A stretch of DNA of 61,422 nt, the filler included, from Platydemus manokwari (lineage: Eukaryota), in NCBI GenBank assembly GCA_037951405.1. It is 5 parts of 5 records of this genome, joined end to end, with 100 filler letters (N's around TTAATTAATTAA, not from the genome) between each part and the next. Parts side by side here need not be neighbours in the genome. Positions count along the whole stretch, not along the records: positions 22,516 to 33,819 come from JBBMOY010778870.1; positions 33,920 to 45,936 come from JBBMOY010345559.1; 3 more parts are not named here. One strand, written 5' to 3'. This document shows positions 25,948-40,985 of this stretch, one piece after another; the first letter of the stretch is position 1, and every line of letters starts with the position of its first letter. The notes under the pieces are model-generated. The model ran no database searches. It saw only the letters and a program-made list of their open reading frames with translations, and had not been told where the DNA came from. The position numbers and the translations under genes were made by a program.

Positions 25948-28900
25948 TAAATATGTCTAGAGTGAATTTAATCATGAAGAAATTTAGTCAAAATAGATAA
26001 ACATTAATACATTCAATCTTTCATTGCGAATTTAAGAATATGAGCACAATTCATGTGGCACAATAAGAGCGATATTTTTAATAATACATACACAGCCTTA
26101 TAAACTATTCTGATCATAATTTTAAGATCCAATGTGAACAGCTAAAAAATTAAGAAAACATAATATGATTGAAACAATTTCAGTCAAAGTACAAATATTG
26201 CAGTGCAAGATTTTATTGAGATATAAATATATTCTCAAATCCAATCCAAACCTTTTCTGATCAAATGTAAAACGAGATAATTTTATCATTTTAATTATGA
26301 ATTTAATAAGAAATTCTCTAAAAATCGGGACAAAAACGAATTAATTCATATTATATAATAAAAATATTCATTTTCGTTTATTTCTTTCAATGGGTGAGAA
26401 AACGTTTGAGCCGAAGTCATTTAATTGGTTTTTCGGGAAATTTTTTCCAATTTTCTTGAGGATATTTGAAAGGAAATTTTCGTTTCTGTTTTGTTGAGAT
26501 AAAATAAAAGCAAAATGTCAATTAAAGAAATTTTAAATGGCAAGAAATGAAGATTTGATCAATTTTATTGATTAATTTAATTAAATTCCATCCATTGTTT
26601 TCACAGTGTTGTCTGTGGACAAAAAAATATATAGATAGAGAGATTCAATCAAACAATGATAAGAGAAAACAATTACTAAAAGTGACAAAAAAATTTTTAA
26701 TTCCAACTAAAACCAACTCCAAAAACGATTCATTGATGGGGAATAATTGTTGTTATTATTATTTATTTTCGGTCGAATGAACCAGTGAAATATGGGATTA
26801 TATATTATGGAATTGGAATAATGTATCCATGTTATCCAACAAACACAAACCGAATTGTGATCGCAATATGATTATTATATAATTATCATATATATGTATA
26901 AAACTTCAATCCAATATTTGGGACAAAATTCGAAGTCATTCTCAGACGGGAATTATGTCAAAAGTAAGACTAGTCAATCAAGTTATGGGAATGGGAAATT
27001 GTATTTATATTTATGTTCTGACCAATCCATAACAGAAACTGAAGAAGCCGTACAGAACAATATAATCAAAGGAAATAAAGAGGAAATTTATATGGGCTTT
27101 AGCGTCGAATGATATTCCTATATTTATGATACGACAATAAATAAATTCAAAAGAAAATTATCTTTTAGATGTATTGGAGAATAAAATAAAACGAAATATC
27201 AATGGAATTTGTTTTTGATTATTTGATTAATAATATTGTATGTTGTTTGTAAATACTATTATTCTTTCGTAATCATTTCGTTGAGGTTTTATTAGAAATT
27301 TATATGATGTAATCGATTTAAAGATATTCTGTTGTGTTTATCTATTGCAGGGATTTCCAAATTGCTCTATTGTTGCTGCTTGTTTATAAGATGTTGAATG
27401 AAAATTCTAAACCATACTATGAAACCTTCGCGTTGATATTCAAACAGATATTTTATAATTTTATCAAAAATCCTTGTAGAATTGACAATACAATATTAGA
27501 AATTATTTATTGCTTTGGAATTCCATTTTTTTCATTTAGAAAGATCTTCATTTAGATTTTGAAGAAATTTTAATGACTGAAAGGCTTAAATTTTCAATAA
27601 AGAATTTGATAAATAGAATAACAAATGAGCTTTGGATTGGAAAAAATTATGACAATAATAAGATCATATATTTTCTGGTGAATAATTTAATAGCCAAACC
27701 CAATATGACGATATCTAATAAAAATGTTGCCACTATTGAAGACTTGTATGCGCAAACATTGGTAAAGTGTTGTAACGTTCGATTTATTAGATTTGTTTCA
27801 CAAAAACATATTTGTGTCGGTTTCAGATAGCATGTTGTGAGTCACTGTGTTTAAATCTATTATAAACAATAAATAAATGTTGCGTAGTAGATAAATAGGG
27901 TTGTGGTATGAAAATTGATAAAATGTATCGTTGTTGGTCTTAACAATATTATTTCTATAAAACATTTAAAATCAAAGTTTATAAAATCAATTATAGTTGT
28001 GAAGGAAAAGAAAATTTCCACTCATAAGTTTTCATAAGACTGTTGAAATTAATCTTATTCTACATTTTATGAAACAATTATTTATTTTCTAAGCGCTTCA
28101 AATTGAAGGAAATTAAATATTTCAGTGAAAAAGAAAATTGTTAATTACTCTAATATGGTTTAGAGTAGTAGTTTTGAATTAATATACGATAGTAGCATTA
28201 GTAGATAATTATTATTATATTGTTACACCTTTATTTTATTATTTAATTTATTACAGAACTATTTTAAAATTATTATTATTATTATTAAATTATTAATTAA
28301 TTTATAATAATGATTATTATTCTTATAATATTTATTATTAATTATAAAAAATTCTTGACTAAATTGCTTTCTTATAGATATTTTACGTTATAATAAAATT
28401 TTATTTTCAATCACAATATTGAATTTATTAGGAATAATAATATCATATAATAATTTTTAATAAAAAAATATTTCATATTTTCCTCTTTCATCATAAATTT
28501 TATATAATTTCAATAAATCTTCTATCATGAAAATAATGAAAAACATCTATTATAAATCCTACACATGTTCATTGAATAAAATTAAATATCTAAATCAAAG
28601 CAATCGTCAAAATAAATTGTTTGATTAGAGTTATCAGAGACAATCTTTAAACGAAAAAATAATTACGAAATTTTCCGAAAGGTGTTCCAATATTTTTTTT
28701 GTCTTTAAAATAAAACGTCAATTAATAATAATAGAACTAACTTGTCAAATTATATCTCCAGTAGCAGTTGCGCGGTTAAATTCATTTTGAGAAAAAAAAA
28801 TAATTTACATCTAACAATTTTAAAAGATGCAAAATTTTTTTTTAATATGTCTCGATTATTTCTGATTTACTCCTGCCAGAAAATAGGTGAAGTATATATT

Positions 28901-30339
28901 GCTGCTTATGACTCTATGTCTGTGTTGGTATGTGTAAATATGCTAGTCTACTAGTAGACGTAGCTGTAGATCTGATGTAGCCTTCAATCAATATCTGTCT
29001 TTCCCTGCGTTTCTGTGCGCATGCTTAAATATTATAGGAAGAGTTGGTTTGTATTAACATATCAAATCTGTAAGTAGTTTTGAATTAAAAATTTTTGAAA
29101 CGTACGTTCTTATATACATATATACATAGAAGAAATTATTGTTTTCGTGCCTTAAGCACAAATATTAAATGTAAATCGACAGATTCCGTGGAAACAAATT
29201 TCTAATAACGTTGTACTAAGATCATGATGATTGTAAATAATTTTCATTATCTAATGAAGAGATTTCTGTTCAATGTATTTGTAAGAATATAAAATATACC
29301 ATGTTGTATTTTTATACACTTTAAGCGGTGGTGGATCTCCTATCTGTGCTAATTTGTGGGTGACGATCTCCATAGAGTTGTGGCTGTATAAATAAATTTC
29401 CAACCATAGGAAGTTATTTAAAGAAAATAAGCCATTAATTATTTTCACTCGGCAATTAAGTATTGTAACGAATAATTCAAGACAACATTCTTCATTCATA
29501 CGCTAGAGATACAGAAATATAACAGTGAAAACTTTCTAACAGAAGAGAAGAAATTTTATTTCATTGACAAATTTCCTACTTTTTACAATCTGAAATGTAA
29601 GCAAAAATTTGTGGTGAAATTGAAAATTTGAATTCATCTCTCTGAATAAATGATAAAATCTTCCCAATCGATTCCATTGGTTATGTTTGAATGAATTGAA
29701 TGAAATCATCGAAGATAAAGTTATCAATTCTGTATTTTTTTTAAAGAGATCAGAAAATTAATCGGATTTTTTGTTTGTTATCTCTGATATCATTTTCGAT
29801 TGAAATCAATTGTAATATAATTGAAATTTTAATTTTAGATTTCCGAGTTCTATTTATAGAATTAATTTTCATTTGGGAAATAAAATTTCAAAAAAAAAAT
29901 ATTCATCAATTCACAAAACACATTAAGGTTGGTTTAGGATAAAATTTGTAATCGTTAATAAATTGGGAAAAATGATGAAATTATAAAAAATATCTGTTTG
30001 AGGTGATCTAATGAAATAATATTAGCAAATATCAGGTTGGTCATTCAACTAAAAGAAATTAGTTTTTTGCTGAATATTGAAGATAAAAACAAATACAAGA
30101 AAATAATGATTTGTTTCATTCATGTGAGATGTCTTTGTAAATCTCTACTTCCGTTGATAAACTGCCAGCTAAGCAGTTATTTTTTTAAAATTATAGGAAT
30201 GACAAATATGCACGGTGATTGGGATACTTTGTGGCACAGTGGTTTGGTGCTGATTTGAAATTATATTCCAGTAGAAAATATTAATCAATAACTGAGTACT
30301 TCTGGTGATTTCTACAAATTAGCATATTGAACGATCGAG

Positions 30340-30790
30340 AACATATCCATCTACAGAGCTTTTCAGCAACTTCATGGATTCAATTTTCAAATTCATTCAA
30401 TACTCAAGGACGTTTCTTATTTACGATCTCTTTTACATTGCAACAAAGAAATCGATAACTTAGCATGAAGTCGGACTATCTTGATTACCGCTTCAAAAAT
30501 TGGAAAGTTATGATTTAAATAGCTGATGACATATCTTTCTAAATGTGAAAAGACTCTATCCTGTATCTTCACAAACCGCAGGGTAGTTCATTTCTAGGAG
30601 CATGCTTGGAAGAATGACAAAAAAAATTTCTCATTGATAATTGCCCTGAAGAAGTAGTGCTTCGTAACTCTTTAATTTGAATACTCACCCGAATAGCGGA
30701 ACCATATTAAGCTCACTTTTAAAATGGGATGAACAGAAGATGCTAATAATATCGTAATTCTTAAATGCCTTTCATAAGGAGGTATTTTTC
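30340..30790 (+). mobile_element. Heavily decayed pogo/Tigger (DDE_1) transposase remnant
   Basis: KFLIDNCPEEVVLRNS..PNSGTIL resembles LLLDNCPAH....FLPPNTTS.LQ; upstream FSATSWIQ resembles FxASxGW. Many stops and frameshifts. Confidence 0.4.
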
Positions 30791-33743
30791 ATTTCATTCA
30801 CAGCATTAGCAGAGGGACTAACTTTATTGTCCTTATTATCATAGCGACGTCTGTCGTATGTTTTTTTGTCAACACTTCCGTTAGATTCGAACCGATCAAT
30901 TCAACAAGTAACTAATTTGCAATTGATGGATCAACTATAAAAATCTTCTAAAAGTGGGATGACATCGAGATAGTTTCCTGCTTTATAAAAAGTCTTTACA
31001 ACAAAGTTTATTCTTTAATTATTCGACTTCGTGTCCTGGTTGAAATTGAATTGATGCAAGCTAATCATTTAATAATTCGAAAATTGTTAAAGTTACCAGA
31101 ATTATTAGAGATAAAGCGAATGTTGTATGGAATATTCAATGAATTTGTGCGTATTTTGATTGGTGGTTGGCTGCAACCTTGAATATCGATCGACTACTTA
31201 CTGGAACCAATTATTATTATCTGCATAAATATATTTTAATTTTTAATTCCCCAATAAACCTCATATTACAATCATCACAATTTATATTCATCATCCCGTC
31301 ACAGGGATGAACATCAAGAAAAATAAATGATGATGATTAATCACAATAATTGGCGACGAATTTTTTATTGAAAACAGTTATGGTTGAATGATCATTATCG
31401 AAATGAAATAATTGTTATTTTATCTGTTCACACTGAACCGACATGTCCATGAATCTCAATTGGTCGATTAATCAAATTAATCCTTTCTTTTCGAAAGAAT
31501 CTTTTCCACACTTGAACTTTTTACAGTTGTACTTTTATCTCATAGAGTTTGTATCGGGAAAAAAATTTCGTTTTTAACAGCAAGAAAATATATGCAGATC
31601 GAAGTTTAAATTTTCTGGGTAGATCATTAACAAGATTCGAAATTTCAAGATTTAAATTTTAAATAAATCGATTAGAATTGACTGAATGATTTAGCCTAAA
31701 AGATTTAGATTTAAATAAATCGATTAGAGTTTGCAGAAGAACTGCGAACACATTCTGAGCGAAAAGAAGGTTCAGGAAGACCAATTTTATATTTAACAAT
31801 GCTTTATTCACGTTTTACTAGAAAATTGTTTCATATAATTATAATCTTCAACTTCAGTTTATTTTATTTATAAGCGGTCTTCATGAAAAGAATAATTTTT
31901 CAGTATAACTCGGTGATATCATCAACAACTGTAGCTGTAAGATGACAGTGTTTTTTCATAATACAGGAAATGTATAAAAATTCGATGAGATTTTCAAAAA
32001 ACTGTATTATCTTTCCTAATAATATTTTAGATTTTTGCTTATTTAATTCGGTGTTATAGCAGACTTATTAAAATAAGGAAATGGAACGAATATTAGGAAA
32101 ATCTAACTGAAGGTAAACTTGAACCGTTTCTAGTATTATTGTATCATTCAAACGTAATCAGAGATTTCTGAAAACTCATTCATGGATTGTGAATGATAGA
32201 TGAGTTGTTAAATCTTGTTTGAAGTGACCAGTTCAGTGTTCATTGAATTGTATGTCTTGAATGGACCAATAAAAATTGTAACCAGCAATCCATCGATGTA
32301 CTATTTTTAACTCATCAATTTCAGATAGAAACTCTAATAATTATAAAACTTAATAATTCACTTATTGGTTTATTTAAACTCAAGGTCAATTCATTGACAT
32401 CATTTTTCATTTCCACGAAGTTTTAATCGTCATTAGAATAACATTTATGGTTACCTTTCAACCAGCACACATTTATTGACTTTTTAAAACCCATTTTCTT
32501 TCGATAGATATCCTTTATTTTAGTCAATGTGATTGATGTAATCAACTAAAGACAATAAAAGGTCGAGTACCAAGCCAGACATTAGCTTTAAAACAAATAT
32601 TATTGAACGGTTGTCGTTCAATGTAAACACGAAATGATAATATTCCCAAATCATTTCGATTGTTATGTCTGTGTTGTTTGTGGAATTATTCGATATCTGG
32701 GATAAATTTACGTTGATTGGTATAATTATTTAATTCAATATTTTCATTCCGGGTGATCAATTTGATAGAATTGATATCAACCTGTCATGTCATGGAGATG
32801 GGATGAATAAAATATTATGTCAACACATTATTTTTTTAAAAATTCAATACAACACAATGTTTTTAAATTTAAAAAATTAAAATTAAAAATTTAAAAACCA
32901 ATTTTAATTTTTAAAAATTGATTAATAATATTAAAAAAATATTTTTTTCGCATTTTCATATTATTTGATGAATATATTTATTCAGAATGGTCCAAAGCTT
33001 CACAAATGCTCTTATTATACATCGCTGGAATTGAATCGTAATCCATTTCTGGTGAGTTGTTTTCATTTATTCAAACCAAATCATCTCAATCTACGCCAGA
33101 ATATCCAACAATAGAATCTCAATAAAAAAAGAATTACTCGTATTTTGGAAATTAAATTAATTTTCATCGTAATTCTCTTTTCTCCCAGCATTTGATAGAA
33201 ACACATTCACATATATGTAAATGTAGGGCAGATGTTAAGAATAGAACGACATCCTCACAATTGTTTTAATCAAACAATTCGATATAGGTCATTTCCTGGT
33301 TCTGCAAATATTGACCAAATCACGCACACACACACATTGTACAGATTCCAAACCAATTTCTTAAGACGATTCAGTAGAATTTTGATAATCGTTTCATGAA
33401 ACATAATAATTAGTTTCGATGGACGACATCGAATCAGTATATCATGATTAGTTTTTTGTCCATTCTTAGGCGTATTTGTATAAAATAACTAATAGAATTA
33501 AATTCTTGTACAAGAACCGAAAGAAAATCTGATAAATTAATTTTATTATCTAAGAAATTGTAAAAGATAATTAATCATTCTTGTGGAAATAAGGCAAAAC
33601 CAAAAGCTATTAAATATTATTGAATGTTCTTGACTTTATCCAAATTTCCCTTGATAATTGTGTTCTCTCTAGCAATGCAGTTCAAGGAGGTTTTAATTAG
33701 CCATCATACGATATCGTCTGAGAAATGTAAATAATAATCATGA

Positions 33744-33744
<1 letters not shown>

Positions 33745-33779
<35 letters not shown>

Positions 33780-33819
33780 CATAATAAGTATAATAATAAT
33801 ATTAATCATGATAATAATA
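33745..33819. repeat. (AAT)n microsatellite at contig end
   Basis: Direct. Confidence 0.9.
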
Positions 33820-33919
33820 NNNNNNNNNNNNNNNNNNNNNNNNNNNNNNNNNNNNNNNNNNNNTTAATTAATTAANNNNNNNNNNNNNNNNNNNNNNNNN
33901 NNNNNNNNNNNNNNNNNNN
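33820..33919. other. Assembly spacer
   Basis: N44-TTAATTAATTAA-N44. Confidence 0.99.
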
Positions 33920-35633
33920 ATAAACTCTACAGGAATAAAAACGTGATAAAATAATAACGACTTTATTAAGAATTCACCATGATAACCAATTGAAATAATT
34001 AGGTGAACTAATTCGATTCAAATCAACAATTTAATACGAATGATTTATATTGTTAATAATTTGACATAGTTGTTATGTTTGGGGCTTGCTAATTTTATTT
34101 TATCAACCTTTTCAGTCAATTGTTGTTGAATTGTTACATTGTATTGATATTGCACGGAGTCATTTTCCTCAAATCTCTATTATAGTTATAAATTTAATTG
34201 ATGATCTCACCAAAATTCTCACAACGAACAGATGTGTGTAATCTTGTAACTGGATAACGTACAAAGTGTTATGACTCCAAGATAAATGAAAATCGACGGA
34301 GGCAACTAATTTCTGAACTGCGTTGATGTTAAAGAAAGGAAATGATTCAGTTTCCAACAAATTCTTTTGTACTTTATGGAAACTTGATTTGAAAAATTAT
34401 AATTAATCTCCTTTCGGATAGTGATTTAGTCCGTGCGATAAAGAAATATTTCTCCTTATTGGATTGAAGATGAGTCTTGTAATAGTAGAGATTTAAATAA
34501 GAAATATATGAAGCGTTAATAGATTTTGTATTGGTAATGTTGTTTACTCTGGATCAGTTGAAGTTAATATCTAGTATTTGGTGGGGCCTAGTGAGTCTAT
34601 GTCGAGATATTAACGACTCTTAGCTGTTCCGAAGCTTAGGTCACGTGTACAGACAAATATTGATATTAAATTTAAAATATGATTTGATAAAACACAGTTT
34701 AATCTAATTAATGATTTTTTGTGTATCCATGTAATGCTTGAAAGAAACTAAACAACTAGTGTTGAGAACTATTACTATCCAACTCTAGAGGAAAAAGTAG
34801 GTCATGGAACAGTTATTATAGAAAGTAGTCGAATTTTCCCAGGAAAATTCAACGCTTTCAATGATTAATTAATAATCCGCTTTCGGGGATTATCGATGTG
34901 ATTATTGATTGATTATAAATGCTAATCTCGCCCATGGCTAATTCGTATTGAATAATTTCCTTCGAGGCTGGGAAAATTTTTTGAAATGTATCTTGACATT
35001 GTTAGAGGCCGTTGACCGTGACTGTGATTAGCCTTAACAATTTTCTATTTTATTTCTATGTTACCTAGGCGAGGCAAACTGTCATGGCAAAATGTATTTT
35101 ATTTATATGTGGTCATGTTGGCATACGTGCTTCTCTAAATTTATTTTTTAATTTTGTATTTTTTATAAAAGCATTGCGAACATTTTATTTTATTAATCTT
35201 CAAAAGTGTAAGTACTGTATGGGTTTATTGCTAATAATTGCTTATAATTGTTTGGCTGTTATAACCGCTTATGACTGCATTGTTGATGTTTAATTTACTT
35301 TTAACAACTGGACATAAACAGAATGACAATGTTCGCAAGAAATGCTGGAGTTTCGACAATATCATGTGAGCCAATATACATATGATAATCTATTAGTGAT
35401 TTGCACTTTAAACTGCAAAATTATATTTAATCAATAAGATGAAAATAATCAATAAATAAAATCAATTAATTCATATCTGAGGTTCCAATCAAAGAATATT
35501 TCAATTTTTTCAATACAAAACATGCCCATCCTTCAATCGAGAAATAATTTATTTTGTTTATTCGAATCATTTTAATATTATTTTTGACCGAATTTTTGAT
35601 TATTTTTTTATATTATTGAAAAAATCACGTTGG

Positions 35634-38600
35634 ATGTTCGCCAAATACCTACCGAGCACAAGGGTTCTAGCGTTCATCGCGACAACATTTGCCTATGCCT
35701 TGATGCATAACATTTTTAGCTTTTACTATGTGAAGATATTCTTAAATTTCTATCGGGTCAGTGCATGGTGGTTCCAATTCAGCCAGGTGCTGTTCATGAT
35801 ATGGAACACCATTAATGATCCATTATTTGGCTATTTTCAAGTGAGTTAGTCGAGTTTATCCAGTGCATTACCATTTACAACTTGAAATTTTCCAGGATAA
35901 TTCTAATTGGCGAATCTTTAAAAATCGCAGATATTCAATATTGTTTGGAGCTCCATTCTATGGAATGAGTTTTCTCGTAGCTTGGTTTCCTTTTGGTAAT
36001 TATCAAGATACAACACCTCCTTGGGTGATTGGCATTCATCTGATCAGCGCCTTGTGTTTGTACGACACAATGTTTTCATTTGTGCTGCTCGCACATTGCA
36101 GCCTGTTTGCAGAGATGAACAATGATTATAAAAATAGGCTCGACATGAAATGGTAACTTTTAATTTAATATGTACGACAAGATAGGTATTGTTTTACGAG
36201 ATTTTGTTTTTATTTTTAATTCTTCTTATCGATTTTTTCAACTTTTGTTATAACGAATTTTATCTCTAATTTTTTTCTTCTTATTTTTACTTCCTTTAAA
36301 TTTCGTTATTTTTCTTTGGTTAAAATTTTTGTGTACTTTTTTGCTCACTTTATTTTGTGTGTAATTTATCGATTTTATTTATTTATTCTTTCAATTATTT
36401 TTCTGATTTTATATTAAATATTATTTTTCAGTATTTTTATTTTTTAAAATTATTTTTATTTTTGTTGTGATTTATATTTGTGTTTTTTATTTGTTTTCGA
36501 TGATTGAGTAATTTTATTCCTTCATTTCTTATCAATATTAATCAATATATTCTCATTTCATTCCATCGATTCCAGCTGAGATAAATGTTTTGAGATAGTG
36601 CTCCGATTTGTTTACTGACTCAAATAGGTCACAAAATCGATTCGTCATTTGATTTGATGTTGTGCACACACACACACACACATTTTCGATGACCACAACT
36701 CACAGCCTTGCACACAGCATGTTTTGAAGTGAGCAGAAAAATCTGTCAAACTCGTCTCTTATTCGATTGTGATGATTAAAGCTTTTGTGTAAAATTAGTT
36801 TGATCTTCAGATTTTCGATATTTCTTGTGATTGGAGATGATAATGATTCTTTATTGAAAATATATCTGATGGTCAACAAGACACTGATAGTGATGATAAT
36901 ATGTATTAACTGAGTTGATACAATCAAAGGATTTTTATGGGTAAACCTTTCATTTCATTGGGATAATATTTGGATTGTATTTATTGATTATTTTTCTGTA
37001 ATTGTGCTGTTATTGACTTGTATTTTTTAAAAGTAATATTTACTGATTGATTTCAATTCTATTGATTGATCCAGTCACAAGAATGGCACAGGAAATACAT
37101 TATTAAAGATATCAATAATAATAATAATTATTATTATTATTAAAACTGATTATTTTCATATATAGGTGGAGTGTTATAGCTTACCTTTGTGCCGGTGTCT
37201 CAGTACCTTTGGCTAATCACACTTCTGATAATCTCGCCTGTCTATCCTGTTTTCGGGTGACATGTGTCTGTGTGGCGATAATTTCATCATTTGCGATGAT
37301 CTTCACTGGTCTTCGAGCGAATACAATCTATGAGGACAATGCTGGTTCGAAACGATTGGATAAGATAAGTCAAGGTTAGTAATGGCAATCCATTGGTGGA
37401 CATTACATTCACCTCACAGGTGGTAGATTAATATTGATTTGTCTATTATTGAACAGATTAATGACAGTATTTGTTTGAACGTGGAAATAATTAGCTTTTC
37501 TCGCTTTAAACAGTTAGGAAAATCGTTGGGTATATTGAGTATGTTAGGTGTGTTGGGTATATTGAGTATGTCAGGTGTGTTGAGTATGTTAGGTGTGTTG
37601 GGTATATTGAGTACGTTAGGTGTGTTGGATATATTGAGTATATTAGGTGTGTTGGATATATTGAGTATATTAGGTGTGTTGGATATATTGAGTATGTTAG
37701 GTGTGTTGAGCCCGACGGTTGTGTGTATGATGAGTATGTTGGGCATGTTGGTTGTTTTGAGTGCGTGGTGTATATTGGGTTTGTTGAACATGTTGTGTAT
37801 GTGCCAGCTGATAATACTAGCTTATACTAATCATTATCTAATCAGGTTTCCAATAACAATATCATAAAAGATGTAGTAGCGGCTGTTAACGATTTATTTA
37901 CAAAATTCGATCACAACACAACATAATTTACCACGCCAAACCAAGTTATTTTTGTTCAAAACAAGATAAAATCACTCAGAAAATTGATTTACTTGCTCAG
38001 CTCATAAATTTATCAGGATTGAATTTATTTTCTGTTAGGTTTTGTCGACAAACCATTGAGATTGTTTAATAAAATATTGATTGATTTTGTTAATCATTTA
38101 TTGGAAATCATTAAATCGATTCCAAGCCAAATGATAAATGTTGAAAGTGAAAGTTTTAGAAAGGAAGAGCTTTATCTTATCGGCTGGTTAATTTCTTTGT
38201 CGGGAGATTCCAGTTGGAATGTTAAATGATTCGACATTTTTTATTGGTGTTCCTTTGAGTTGAAATATCGGCGTGAATCATTTTATTGGGACGCATTGAA
38301 TTTGATGTTGTTCAGTTTTATTTATTCTTGGCTCAATCGATCCTGTAATTGATCACATTACCTGACCATATAATACGGACTGTTTTAGGTAGCACATCCC
38401 TTAGAAATTTAGTGAGATTTAGATTTGATATATATTGGCGGAAAAGGTAGAGTTCAAATAATGGGTTCCGCAATCTAATTTTTTATAAATGTGCGTTCTG
38501 TGAAAATCTATATTGTTTTAATAATTAGTTTTTAATTTTATTCTTTATTTTCGTGAATTTTTAACCAATAAAAGTTTCTTTGCTTGAAATCAATTTTAAA

Positions 38601-40985
38601 AACAGTCAAAATAAGCTTTTTAAACAAAAATTTCTAAGTAGGTCAATGACCTATTTTCCAATTATAGTGATGATCTATTTATCGATATGAAACACGCATT
38701 AACATTGATCGTTATAATATATAACTCATAATTTTATATATTATTAAAAATTGTAAAAAATCATAATAAAAATAAACTTACGAAAATTAAAGAAAATAAA
38801 AAGTAGGTCATAGAAGCCCATTTCGTAACCAAAACAATTATTTCCAACAAAAATTATAAAATTTGCTAGTGAGCTGTTTTTTTAATATTTTAATCGAGAT
38901 TTCTTATTTTTGGCCACAAGTATGTCATATCGAAATGATTACTGGGCCGTTTCTATAAAGATTTTTGAAATTTACCCCACATTTTGTATTATTTTTCATT
39001 ATAAACGAGTTTAAATATCCCGATTTCTGTCATCTTTGATATTTTATTATTCCAGGCAGTATATGGAAACTTTCTAAAGATATTCTTTCCGAGAAAGATT
39101 TTCATGGATTCGTTTGGTTGAATTTCCTTCATCAAGGCCATTCTGTTTTCCAAAGTAATTTTACATCAATATTTATCGATTTTTTGGTTCCCGGTCTTAG
39201 CACACAGTTTCTCAACGTGTATTACATCATTCTCTGGACATTACCTCCAGTAAGATGATCGTTATTTGGATGAGAATTATTGATAATAATTATAGTTGAG
39301 TATTATTTTGTTTCGCCGATACATTGAAGTCATTGGTTACTATAAAATAATTAGAGCTTCCTGCATCACCAAGATCGTTTTAAGTGCATTTGTCTACTTA
39401 ATCGGACAAACGTCCTACATATTCTTGGCTTTCCTGCTATTTGATAGGTTTGTCGATTTTATTCTTAATTTGAACCTTAAATGTTTTCCTTATTGATTAT
39501 GATAGAACAATTTGTCTTTTGTAAAAGTAATAATATTAATAATAATAATGATAATAATAATAATATTAATAATAATAATATAATAATAATATAATTAATT
39601 ATAATAATTAATAGTAATAATATTAATAATAATAATTAATAATAATAATAATACTATTATTATTATATTATTATAATATTTAATCAATGGAAAGAGGAAA
39701 GTGTTTCGATATTGATTGATTGTAGAAATATGTCGGTATTGATTTAACGGTAAATGACTGCGAATCAATTCACACCAGAATTAACATAAATAGAATTAAC
39801 ATAAATAATAATTATAATTATATTGATAATATAGTAGAATAATAATTGATAAAATATGATATGTCCAGATAGAGGTTATCAAATGCGGAAAACAGAAGAG
39901 ATAATTATTGGTGAAGAGTCGACAAAGCATGACTTGATAAGCAAATGGAAATTATAAATAATAGCAACACAGCAAATGGAAATTATAAATAATAGCCACA
40001 CAGCAAATGGAAATTATAAATAATAGCCATAAAGCAAATATGATCATGAAACGCTGGTTTTTAATGCCCAACCAAATGAGAACTTTTATCTGTTTGCATT
40101 ATTTTTTATAGGTTTAGGGCTTGTAGGGGTGCTACAGTAAAACCAATGATATCGTTATATTTATAATAATATATCATTAATAAATAAATCTTATTGTTAA
40201 ATGATTGGTGCGTTAAGGGAAACAGTAATCAATAAAATGGTGTAGAAGCTGTGCGATGAACTACTAAGTACCAGTAGTGACTTCAGGTAACTTCAAATAC
40301 TGTTTATTCCTTGATTGTTTAAGGGCTCTTTAATATGAATGCAATTGGTTTTGATTTGCAGTCACATAGGAATTACTTGAGGGCTTATCATTGAATGATG
40401 AGCAATAATAAATAATGATTATCATCATTGACAAATATATAATGAAAATATGATATTATTATTATTATTATTATTGTATCTGATAATGCTAATTGGTGTA
40501 AGTGATAATTAATGCAGTCATTATACAGCTTTCTAGTTCATTCCGTCATAAATCTCTATGACATTGTTCTAGCAGATATTGTAGACAATGATTGCAAAAT
40601 CCATAACAGAAAGTGAGATAGATAGATATATATTAGATCCACTCTGATAATCAATATCATCCATTATAGACAACCAATATCTTCAATGATATTTGGTACA
40701 AATGCCCTTATTACTAAACCTGCAATCAGTTTGAGCCCAATGATCATTGTAGCTATTCTCAATTATAATGGCTACCAAGGTGCTATCAAAAATTTATCCA
40801 CGACAAAGGGTTTTCAAATCGAGAATATTCAAATATCTGGAGTTATTTTCAATTTAGCATGTGGTGTTCCTTTCATTATCGGTGTTTTACAAACAATATC
40901 TTGGTCTTTCTTTACTATAAGAAGTAGCCATCAACGAATCACACATACCCATTCAAGTGAATGTGATATTCTATTAGATGAATAA
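35634..40985 (+). CDS. MFSD13A: MFS-type membrane protein, MFSD13A/TMEM180-like; exons 35634-35840, 35896-36152, 37166-37374, 39056-39249, 39296-39447, 40529-40612, 40670-40985; 472 aa
   Basis: FYYVKIFL, FMIWNTINDPLFGYFQD, RRYSILFGAPFY..FLVAWFP, LCLYDTMFSFVLLAHCSLFAEM, LADIVDND..HNRK, MIFGTNALITKPAISLSPM. All six introns are GT-AG and phase-compatible. Confidence 0.88.
37525..37795. repeat. 27-bp minisatellite built of 9-bp subunits (GTTGGGTATATTGAGTATGTTAGGTGT) in intron 3 of the MFS gene
   Basis: About 7 clear copies then decay; explains the repetitive ORFs on both strands. Confidence 0.93.
39525..39680. repeat. Interrupted (AAT)n/(ATT)n microsatellite, intronic
   Basis: Direct. Confidence 0.9.
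39940..40039. repeat. 31-bp tandem repeat x3 (AGCAAATGGAAATTATAAATAATAGCMACAC), intronic
   Basis: Units start at 39940, 39971 and 40002. Confidence 0.9.

Noticed and set aside
26500-30300. Numerous 60-85 aa ORFs
   Set aside because: AT-driven composition (I/K/N/F/L), no motifs, no consistent splice structure.
31750-31790. ERKEGSGRP, Tc1-like transposase motif
   Set aside because: Too short, with no supporting downstream motifs.
34170-34700. Possible Gypsy RNase H/integrase traces
   Set aside because: Only vague motif echoes; not supportable without a profile search.
37414-37867. 125-aa and 142-aa repetitive ORFs on opposite strands
   Set aside because: By-products of a stop-free 27-bp minisatellite inside an intron.
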